Shown piece by piece: positions 39,092 to 46,880 of a stretch of DNA of 64,000 nucleotides. The translations under genes were made by a program, and so were the position numbers. Location: assembly GCA_964588985.1 (NCBI GenBank), contig CAZPQW010000005.1, positions 1-64,000 on the forward strand, read 5' to 3'. The DNA is from an uncultured Solirubrobacteraceae bacterium (lineage in GTDB: Bacteria > Actinomycetota > Thermoleophilia > Solirubrobacterales > Solirubrobacteraceae). How positions within the stretch are numbered: position 1 is the first letter of the stretch; every line of letters begins with the position of its first letter. The notes beneath the pieces were generated by a model. The model made no database searches. It was given only the letters and a program-made list of their open reading frames with translations, and had not been told where the DNA came from.

Positions 39092-41337
39092 CCATTGCCC
39101 TTTGCCTTGACACTGCCAAACCGTTTCCTCACCACCGCTTCACACACCCGGCGCTTCCGACCCAATCCATGAGCCCTTCTACATGCGCGCAACGCTTTCG
39201 TGAGCCTTTCGCCCCCCAACACGCTCCGAGACCGTGATCGCGGTGACATACCGGCCACGGCCGACGGCACGTTGCCGCCTCCCGATACCTGCATACTTTC
39301 GGGGGCGCCCAAGATCGCGGCAGGACTAGCTGTCCCCTGGCATGACAATTCCTTTTCACAATCGCTGACGACACCCAACGCCGGGAACCCGCCATCATCG
39401 CGCGCGTCATATATATCTTCCTGCGTATCGCGATCAGACAGGACCATCGGCGCCTGCGTCAGGAAGAATACATCTTCGCCCAAAGCGTCTGTTCCCCATG
39501 CCGTAGCTTCGAACTGGCCACTACCACCTGAGACCCAGAAGACTTCTCCATTTGACAGCACTCCCCCACTGCTGCGGTACTCATACACGCTCGGCTGCCC
39601 CGCTTCACCCACCGCCTTTGCGGCTTTGGTCAATCCGCCGGTGCTCTCGAACACCACCACTGACCCGTTGTTCGATATCGCTAGACGAATCGTAGCGCTC
39701 TTCACCCGTTGTGCTCGAGTGTAACCTAGCGGCGCCGTGATAGTCCCACCGCTTGCATCAGCGCTTTCCATACCGGCAACATAATTTGCTTCACCGACAG
39801 AAATCCGCACCAGTTCTTCCCGAGCAGAGTCATACTCGTACACCTGTTTTGCACCGCTGCTGCCATCGTTTGTCAAGTCAGCCAGGCTCTGGAACACCAC
39901 GAACCGCCCATCCGGAGTTGTCTGCACCGGACGCACGTCTTTGCCTTGCCAGTCCTGCTGATCTTCTTCTGACAGTGTTGCCACGAACGATACATGCCCG
40001 GTTGGCTGGGTTGCGTCGCGCTCGAAGACATACAAGTTCTCGCCACCTGCAGATGGTTCCCCGCCTTCTGCGTTTGGCCCCGCAGTCAAAGCCCCCTTCG
40101 CCACGAAGTACACATGCGAGCCATCCTCAGACACTCGCGCCACGCCCTGGACTTCGGGATCACCTGAGCCCACTGACACCCGTATCAGCTTATGACCAGG
40201 CCGATCATGAACATCATACTCATACAAGTTGGCGCCCGTGGCCCCTTTGAACAATTCCTGAGTTGTCAAGAACAACGCTTTTGAACCATCCTGTGACGCA
40301 CCCATAAATTCGGCCGCCGCCCGTTCCCCTGTTATCTGGCAAGCTTCACAGTCCGCGCTGCTGGGCTCAGAGATCGCGACGGTATGCGTCTGCCCCACTC
40401 GTGCGTACACTTCATTCACTTCCGGCGCATGTACGGTTTCACATTCATTTCGGCTGAGCGCGGTGAAATACACCGTTTCGCCATTCGCAGAGACGGCGTT
40501 ATAGGTATCCGCGTCGTGGCCCCCTGGCGAGATATCCGAACCCAACGACGTGCCGCAGTCGCTGATTAGTCGCCCTCCATCGTCAACACCTACCAGCAGC
40601 GGCTGTCTGTTTTCCGTTCCCACATACTCGTACAGCGAAAGCTGTCCGTTATTATGAAGAGTCGTATCATAAGGCCACAGTGGCCCTTCTCCTCTGATCT
40701 GAAAGAACACGTGTGATAGATCACTAGACGCCCCAGTATAGAGAACTTCGCTGAAGTCGCCGAAGACCTGTGATCCGCCCGCTGGTGGACCTTCGGTTGC
40801 AGAAGGCGGCAACATCGAGCCCACCTTTACGAATGATCCGTTCGGTTCACGTACCGCTAGATCCTCGGCTGCAACGGCCTGCGAAGCTTGCCGTACGGCC
40901 CACAACCCCTTGTTGAGATTTGGATTGAAGTCCAGAAATTCTTGCGCCGGATACACTTGGGAGGGAGGGCTAATTGCAGATGTCTTCCATCCCGTACTGG
41001 ACCAAACCGAGTGGTAGATCGTCTCTGCAAATTCGCCATAGCCTTCAGCGCCAGCAAAGACCGCGATTGAAGTGCCGACTATCTGAGACCCATCGCTTGA
41101 GATAGCTTCGGGCACCACGCGGGCGCCCGCCTTGAAGCCGGGCGTCACCCGCTCGTAGCCACCGCAACCAGGAAGGTATCGACTAAATCCCACAAAGCCA
41201 TAGTTTGGACAACTGGCCTTGCTTTGAGCGACCGTGAGGCTCATGAGAAGAAGCGCGCACAGCAAGCACGCCATTGCATCCTTACGACGCACTATGAGTT
41301 TGGCTGGCATTGTGACCTCTCTTTGAGCATAAGGCAA
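39088..41337 (-). CDS. Secreted TolB/WD40-like beta-propeller protein with C-terminal Cys/basic motif
   Basis: Repeats ISSDGS, ASSDLSHVFF, VSANGETVYF, ASQDGSKALF, VSEDGSHVYF, TTPDGRFVVF, ISNNGSVVVF; tail LTKALRACRR...RKRRVCEAVVRKRFG; start uncertain. Confidence 0.8.
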   Translation of the reverse strand: MPYAQREVTMPAKLIVRRKDAMACLLCALLLMSLTVAQSKASCPNYGFVGFSRYLPGCGGYERVTPGFKAGARVVPEAISSDGSQIVGTSIAVFAGAEGYGEFAETIYHSVWSSTGWKTSAISPPSQVYPAQEFLDFNPNLNKGLWAVRQASQAVAAEDLAVREPNGSFVKVGSMLPPSATEGPPAGGSQVFGDFSEVLYTGASSDLSHVFFQIRGEGPLWPYDTTLHNNGQLSLYEYVGTENRQPLLVGVDDGGRLISDCGTSLGSDISPGGHDADTYNAVSANGETVYFTALSRNECETVHAPEVNEVYARVGQTHTVAISEPSSADCEACQITGERAAAEFMGASQDGSKALFLTTQELFKGATGANLYEYDVHDRPGHKLIRVSVGSGDPEVQGVARVSEDGSHVYFVAKGALTAGPNAEGGEPSAGGENLYVFERDATQPTGHVSFVATLSEEDQQDWQGKDVRPVQTTPDGRFVVFQSLADLTNDGSSGAKQVYEYDSAREELVRISVGEANYVAGMESADASGGTITAPLGYTRAQRVKSATIRLAISNNGSVVVFESTGGLTKAAKAVGEAGQPSVYEYRSSGGVLSNGEVFWVSGGSGQFEATAWGTDALGEDVFFLTQAPMVLSDRDTQEDIYDARDDGGFPALGVVSDCEKELSCQGTASPAAILGAPESMQVSGGGNVPSAVAGMSPRSRSRSVLGGERLTKALRACRRAHGLGRKRRVCEAVVRKRFGSVKAKGNG

Positions 41338-41351
41338 TGAGCCGTATAGCG

Positions 41352-41384
41352 GTGCAGGGCTGCGGAACCACCACAGCCCTGCAC
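41352..41384 (-). terminator. Intercistronic stem-loop after the small secreted gene
   Basis: GTGCAGGGCTG-N11-CAGCCCTGCAC with no clear U-tract, so it may be a partial terminator or an mRNA stabiliser. Confidence 0.55.
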
Positions 41385-41407
41385 GAGTTGGAAGCTATTG
41401 AGATACC

Positions 41408-42154
41408 TTATTGTGTAAAGACACCCCAATTCACTGGTCCACTAGCTAAGTCCACTAACAGTAAGGCCGTACCCTTTAGATTTGCGGCAAGCCCGAATGC
41501 TTTCATGCCTGATTTGACGGAGGTCAAGACTCCTTCTTTTTCGAGCCAGATGGTGGAGCCTACGTTGTCGAAGGTGACTTCTCCATGTGTTTTTTCGGTA
41601 CCGGCACCGGGCTGTACGTTAACACCGCCCACTCTTGCTAAGCCGATTACAGTTCCTTCCACGCTAGTGGTTGGGAATGTACATGTACCAGAAAATTTGA
41701 CAGTTACGAAGACCTTGCCCGTATCTGGCGCGAACAACACTAATATAGGTCCGCCACGCGTTTCCGAAGCATAGCCGAGTAAGTTTACGACTAAGTTCGT
41801 TTGGATTTTTTCGTTTTCAACAGTGCATGCTTCGCCGTTTTTTTCCTGCGTGCAGCCACCAAATGCGATGGCCTCTAAGCTAGTGCCGCCATTTTTGCCG
41901 GCGCTTCCGATGATCTGCATCTCGGATCCAATAGGAAGTGATGTGGTTTTGCAGGTGATGACCGGACCAGCAGCCGCAGTAAGGATGAAATTTTCCTTTG
42001 CAGAAGCTAAGAGTAAACGGGTTTCACCTGCTCCCAGTCGACTCCCCTCTACCTTCCAAAACGGTCCTTCCACAGCCGACGCCGCCGTAGCCGCTATCGC
42101 GCTAAACGCGAAGATAGCCACGAGCGCCAGCCCCATTAATTTGATGCGAGTCAT
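41408..42154 (-). CDS. Small secreted beta-rich protein (candidate fibre/surface subunit)
   Basis: Signal MTRIKLMGLALVAIFAFSAIAATAASA; AAGGAG RBS; 4 Cys; AT-rich codon use. Confidence 0.85.
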   Translation of the reverse strand: MTRIKLMGLALVAIFAFSAIAATAASAVEGPFWKVEGSRLGAGETRLLLASAKENFILTAAAGPVITCKTTSLPIGSEMQIIGSAGKNGGTSLEAIAFGGCTQEKNGEACTVENEKIQTNLVVNLLGYASETRGGPILVLFAPDTGKVFVTVKFSGTCTFPTTSVEGTVIGLARVGGVNVQPGAGTEKTHGEVTFDNVGSTIWLEKEGVLTSVKSGMKAFGLAANLKGTALLLVDLASGPVNWGVFTQ

Positions 42155-42740
42155 TTGCTGCTCCTTGTCTTAGGGAGCATGGGGCGAGACGCGGTCTCAT
42201 GGCTAGACCCACTCTTCTTGACCTATGCCATACAACACAACCCCCCGTTTTCGGTCTAGGCGACGGTAATCGTCTGGACCTCAAGATTGGGATCGGATTG
42301 GCCGTCGCACAAGCGGCGGACCTGACTGTCCTACCCCCTGGACGCTTCGCGCGCATCGCGATATGCTCCCTCTTGTTGTTGGTCCAAGCCACAACATCGC
42401 TTGGACATGATGGGCGGCTCTGAGGCGTTCTTCATCATTCAGCGCTTCAGGGCCGTTTTTTGTCCTTTGGTCTTCTGGACAGATCCGATGTCGTCGCGAC
42501 TTGCGGTCTGACAGTCGGAGCAAGCAACTTCTAGCACCGCCAAGCCTTTGGTGCAAGAGCTATCTTGAACATCACAACCTCCGCTCGAAGTCGGAAGAGC
42601 GGAATATGGCTGATATGCAGGTGGTTTTGTGAGACTAACGCCAGCTGCTAGTCGGACACAGACTTCGCCTTCTTGATTCTAAGAGGACCTTCTGGCTGCT
42701 GAAGTCTGGGCTTAATTCTCGCACGAGCTGGCGGGCCGCG

Positions 42741-44399
42741 CTAGCCGCCCGCGCCGAGTCGGTACGCGACGAGCGTCGGCGTCTGCCCAGCGGCGAGCCC
42801 CACGCCCGCCGGCGCGATCAACGTGCCGCCGCTCACCGCCACCCCGGTGTTCGTTCCCGCCGGAAGTTGCTTCTGCCACACGAGCGCTCCGGAGCTCGCT
42901 TCATACCCGTACACCGATCCTTCAAAGGTCGTGGCGAATACCAGGTCGTTGACCGACGTGGTCGCGCCAAACGCCGGCCCCGGGAGCTTGTGGTCCCACC
43001 TGACCGCGCCGGTCGCCGCATCCAGAGCCACGACTTCGCCCGTCGTGGGGCCGTTTTCCTGGATTTCGCCCTGGCTTTCCATCGTCGCGGAGTGATTGAC
43101 CACGGGCACGAACACCATCGACCCGTTGCTCGACATCGGTGCGATCACGCCCCCCAGCTGCCCTGGGTAGACCGTCTCCGGCAGGCTCAGCTTCGAGTAT
43201 TCGCCGCGCAGCGCGTACAGGTTGTCGTTGTCGTGGCCGTTGTGGATCCCCACCGGGCGCTTCCACAGCAGCTTGCCAGTGGCGCTGTCGAGGGCGATCA
43301 CGACCCCGCCCTTGCCCGCCGCGATGACCTCGTGATGGCCTCCGGCGTTCACCAGGATCGGCGGGTCCTGCAGGTCCCAGTCGTAGATGTCGTGGGGCGT
43401 CAGCTGGTAGTACCACTCGAGCTTGCCCGTCTTCGCGTCGAGCTTGACGATCGAATCCGTGTAGAGGTCCGGACCGGGCCTGCTCGAACCCCACGGGAAT
43501 TCGTTCGTCCCCGGGAACGGCGCCGGGTTGGCCGTGCCGATATACATCGAACCCTGTTCGTCGAAGGACGGGGTGTACCAAAGGCCTCCGCCCGAGTTGA
43601 TCGACTTGTTGTTCGCGGACCATAGGTCTTCCGGCGCCGTGTCGAAGTGCCATAGCCTCTTGCCCGTGCTCGCGTCGAGCGCCCACATGACACCCTGACC
43701 TTCGCCTCCGTAGTACTTCGCCACGTTGCCCGGCACCGTTGCCACGTACACGATCCCGTCGTGGTAACCCGGAGCCATGTCGATGCCCTCGTGTTCGTTG
43801 CGCACGAGCGTCACCGACCAGAGTTGTTCGCCGGTCTTCTCGTCGAGCGCGAACGCGGCCGACGGGGTCGCGCCATACACGCGCCCGCCCGCCACGACGA
43901 GCCCGTTGGGTCCCTGGTCGGGCTGTTCGTAGCTCTTCGACCACAGCACCCTGCCCGTCTTCAGGCTGACGGCCTGGACGTTGGACGCCAGGTCCTGGGA
44001 GAAGATCACGCCGTTGCTGATGATAGGCGAGGAGGAGTAGCTGCCGTACTGGCTCTTCGCCTTCAAGGGAGTGCTCCACGCGACCCCCAACTTCGACACC
44101 GTCGCGCTGTCGATCGGACCAGCCACATGACGCGTGTTCGAAAGGTCCACGTTGGGATAGCCGGAGCCCGTGAGCTGAAGGTGCTCGGACGGCGTCGAGG
44201 ACGATGACAAGAGCAGCACGATCGCCACGATGGCGGCCACTATCACCACGGCCAAGGCGCCCCATATACGCCAGCCAAGTTTCGCGATCGCCTCGCGAAC
44301 CCCGGAGAAGTCGCGTCCAGCAGGCCGAGCGGGAGCGCCGCGCTTCTGCTTGCGGCGTGCGTCGGCGCGGCGTGCTTGGCGTGAGCGAGAGGGTGACAT
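42741..44399 (-). CDS. Membrane-anchored PQQ-binding beta-propeller (quinoprotein dehydrogenase-like)
   Basis: N-terminal TM; repeated ALD..TG...W; GGGLWYTPSFD, GPDLYTDSIVKLD, TPHDIYDWD. Confidence 0.8.
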   Translation of the reverse strand: MSPSRSRQARRADARRKQKRGAPARPAGRDFSGVREAIAKLGWRIWGALAVVIVAAIVAIVLLLSSSSTPSEHLQLTGSGYPNVDLSNTRHVAGPIDSATVSKLGVAWSTPLKAKSQYGSYSSSPIISNGVIFSQDLASNVQAVSLKTGRVLWSKSYEQPDQGPNGLVVAGGRVYGATPSAAFALDEKTGEQLWSVTLVRNEHEGIDMAPGYHDGIVYVATVPGNVAKYYGGEGQGVMWALDASTGKRLWHFDTAPEDLWSANNKSINSGGGLWYTPSFDEQGSMYIGTANPAPFPGTNEFPWGSSRPGPDLYTDSIVKLDAKTGKLEWYYQLTPHDIYDWDLQDPPILVNAGGHHEVIAAGKGGVVIALDSATGKLLWKRPVGIHNGHDNDNLYALRGEYSKLSLPETVYPGQLGGVIAPMSSNGSMVFVPVVNHSATMESQGEIQENGPTTGEVVALDAATGAVRWDHKLPGPAFGATTSVNDLVFATTFEGSVYGYEASSGALVWQKQLPAGTNTGVAVSGGTLIAPAGVGLAAGQTPTLVAYRLGAGG

Positions 44400-44646
44400 T
44401 GGACTCCAGAGGGTCGATTGGCGTTGCGGGACGGACCGCGCTCAGCGGTCGTCGGATCGTGTGGCCACGGTAATTCCCAGCCCCCACAGAGTCAATGTTT
44501 TGGAACTTTTGTTTCTGTCCTTTTTGGCATGTACCCACGCAATGCGCCGGATTGGTTGGAGACAAAATCAGCAAGCTTAGGTCGCTTGTGCGAACCCCTG
44601 AGATATGAGCAGCGGTCTGATTAGTGGGACACATCGCTTTCCCTAC

Positions 44647-44666
44647 ACCACGTACGTGGTTATGGT
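44647..44666 (+). promoter_or_regulatory. Perfect 14-bp palindrome abutting a candidate -10 box upstream of a secreted-protein gene
   Basis: ACCACGTACGTGGT (44647-44660) followed directly by TATGGT. Confidence 0.4.
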
Positions 44667-44798
44667 GCGTGCAGCGTTACACGTTCCATGATCTACAGCA
44701 CTTCTGTAAATCCGACGCTACACAAACTCGACTTCACCAGCACCAGTGCGGGCGAGGACGAGCAGGTGGGAACAAACAATCAATGAAGGAGAGAGCGG

Positions 44799-45458
44799 AT
44801 GTTAGTTACACGCATCAGAATGATCGGGTTGGCCCTCGTGGCGGTATTCGCGATGGGCGCAATCGTCGCCTCGGCGGCGTCGGCGGCCCTGCCAGAACAA
44901 TTACCCGCCACAGGGACGTTCACGGGCACGAGCGGCGCGAGCACGTTCGAAACGAAAAGCGGAGAAAAAGTGAAATGCACCAGCGACACCATCGCGGGTG
45001 AAATCACTGGAGCGAAAACGAGCAAATCGAAAATCACGTTCAAAGGCTGTGAAGCCTTTGGCCTCAAATGCAACAGCTCAGGCGCCGCGTCTGGCGAAAT
45101 CGTCCTCAACGTGACCGGCGAACTGGTCTACATCATGAAAGCGACCAAAGAAGTCGGGCTGCTCAACACTCTCACCGCTGAATTGACGATCAAATGCTCG
45201 GCTTTCCAGACACTGAAGGTCAAGGGCTCGACGCTGTGCCCGATCACGCCGGTCAACGTGAAAACGACGAAATACAAAGTGGTCTGCAAAGAGACCAAAG
45301 GCGTTCAGGAACCAGTCAACTACGAACCCGGAAGCGAATTAATCAAAGCACCGATCACCGAAACCAAAGGCGAAGGTCTGAAAAGCTTCGCGTTTGAACA
45401 GTCGGCTCTGACTGGTACGGACGAACTCACATTGCCAGAAGGCGAAATCATGGCGTAA
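44799..45458 (+). CDS. Small secreted Lys/Thr/Glu-rich beta protein, related to 41408..42154
   Basis: Signal TRIRMIGLALVAVFAMGAIVASAASA is near-identical in pattern; shared Cys pattern (KVKC/VITC, ITFKGC/IAFGGC); AAGGAG RBS; GAA/AAA-rich. Confidence 0.85.
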   Translation: MLVTRIRMIGLALVAVFAMGAIVASAASAALPEQLPATGTFTGTSGASTFETKSGEKVKCTSDTIAGEITGAKTSKSKITFKGCEAFGLKCNSSGAASGEIVLNVTGELVYIMKATKEVGLLNTLTAELTIKCSAFQTLKVKGSTLCPITPVNVKTTKYKVVCKETKGVQEPVNYEPGSELIKAPITETKGEGLKSFAFEQSALTGTDELTLPEGEIMA

Positions 45459-45494
45459 CGATCAGGCCCAGCCTGATTCGTCGCTTTGAGCGGC

Positions 45495-45536
45495 CGGGGT
45501 GCGCGCGCGGGCAGCAACGCTCACGCGCGCACCCCG
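45495..45536. terminator. Hairpin between the convergent secreted gene and the AspRS gene
   Basis: CGGGGTGCGCGCG...CGCGCGCACCCCG. Confidence 0.6.
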
Positions 45537-45550
45537 CGCTCATTCCAAAG

Positions 45551-46858
45551 CTACGGCGTGAGCCGGTGCGGCCCGCGGTACAGGAACGTCACCTCGCGGA
45601 CGTTCTCCTGCCCGAGCATCTGCATCAGCAGCCGCGTGAGGCCGAAGCCGAAGCCGCCGTGCGGCGGCGCGCCGTAGCGGAAGAAGTCGAGGTAGTACTG
45701 GATCGGCCCCACGTCCACCTTCTTGTCCTCTGCTTGCGCCAGCAGTCGCTCGTAGCGGTGCTCACGCTGCGCGCCGGTGGTCAACTCGATGCCGCGCCAC
45801 AGTAGGTCGAAGCTCTTGGTCAAAGTCGGGTCGTCGGCGTGGCGCATGTGGTAGAAGGGCCGCACCGTGGTCGGGTAGTCGGTCACGAACGCGAACTCGT
45901 GACCGTGCATCTCCTTGACGATCGCTGAGAACGCTCGCTCGCTCGGCGGGTCGAGATCGTGCCCCACTCCCGGCGGCTCGTGGCCGTGCTCCCGCAGCAG
46001 CTCCTTCGCCGCCTCGAGCGTCACGCGCGGGAAGGGAAGTGTGGGCACCGTCAGCTCGACGCCGAACGTCTCTTCGATCTGCGCCCCGTGCTGATCCTTC
46101 ACCGCCGCGAGCACATGCGCGAGCCACGCCTCCTCGAAGGCCATCACGTCCTCGTGCGACTCGATCCAGGAGATCTCCACGTCCACGCTCGTGAACTCCG
46201 TGTCGTGGCGCGAGGTGAACGACGGGTTGGCGCGGAACACCGGGCCGACCTCGAACACTCGCCCGAAGCCCGCCGCCATCGCCATCTGCTTGTAGAACTG
46301 CGGCGACTGCGCGAGGTAGGCCGTTTTTTCGAAGTACTCCAGCTTGAACAGCTCCGCGCCCGACTCGCTCGCAGAGCCCATCGTCTTCGGCGAGTGCAGC
46401 TCGATGAAGCCGTCTTTGCGCCAGTAGTCGCGCATCGCGTGCTCCGCCGTGCTCTGCACCTCGAAGATCAGCCGCCTGTCGGGGCGGCGAAGGTCCATGT
46501 AACGCCAGTCGATGCGCTTGTCGAGCGCCGAGTCGGGCGCGACCGGCAACTCCGGCTCGGCCGGCGAATCCACGCTCAGCCCCTCGAGCTTCAGCTCCAG
46601 GCCGCCGAGCTTCACGCGCTCGTCGGCCACCACCGTGCCCACGATGCTCACCGCAGACTCCGGCGTCAGCGCCGAGACCGCCTCGTTGAGCTCGCTCGGC
46701 GGGTCGCCCTTCGGCAGAACCACCTGTGCCAGGCCGGTTTCGTCGCGTAGGACGACGAACTGCACCTTCTTCTGGTCGCGAATCGCGTGCACCCAGCCGC
46801 GCACTCTCACGCGCGCGTCGATGCTGCCCTGCAGATCCTCGATGAGTGTCCGGTCCAC
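45551..46858 (-). CDS. aspS: Aspartate--tRNA(Asp/Asn) ligase, short archaeal-type, probably non-discriminating
   Basis: 435 aa with no GAD insert; VRGWVHAIRD, YLAQSPQFYKQ, FRAN...RH.TEF, PPHGGFGFGLTR. Confidence 0.88.
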   Translation of the reverse strand: MDRTLIEDLQGSIDARVRVRGWVHAIRDQKKVQFVVLRDETGLAQVVLPKGDPPSELNEAVSALTPESAVSIVGTVVADERVKLGGLELKLEGLSVDSPAEPELPVAPDSALDKRIDWRYMDLRRPDRRLIFEVQSTAEHAMRDYWRKDGFIELHSPKTMGSASESGAELFKLEYFEKTAYLAQSPQFYKQMAMAAGFGRVFEVGPVFRANPSFTSRHDTEFTSVDVEISWIESHEDVMAFEEAWLAHVLAAVKDQHGAQIEETFGVELTVPTLPFPRVTLEAAKELLREHGHEPPGVGHDLDPPSERAFSAIVKEMHGHEFAFVTDYPTTVRPFYHMRHADDPTLTKSFDLLWRGIELTTGAQREHRYERLLAQAEDKKVDVGPIQYYLDFFRYGAPPHGGFGFGLTRLLMQMLGQENVREVTFLYRGPHRLTP

Positions 46859-46880
46859 GCCCAGACCCTATCCCAGGGCC

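Noticed and set aside
36850-42700. Lower-GC block as prophage, ICE or IS
   Set aside because: No integrase, transposase, tRNA target or terminal repeats were found; reported only as a compositional anomaly.
42155-42740. Long AT-rich intergenic region considered as riboswitch, ncRNA or small ORFs
   Set aside because: No riboswitch consensus recognised by eye, and the short ORFs lack RBS or coding bias; an Rfam search would be needed.
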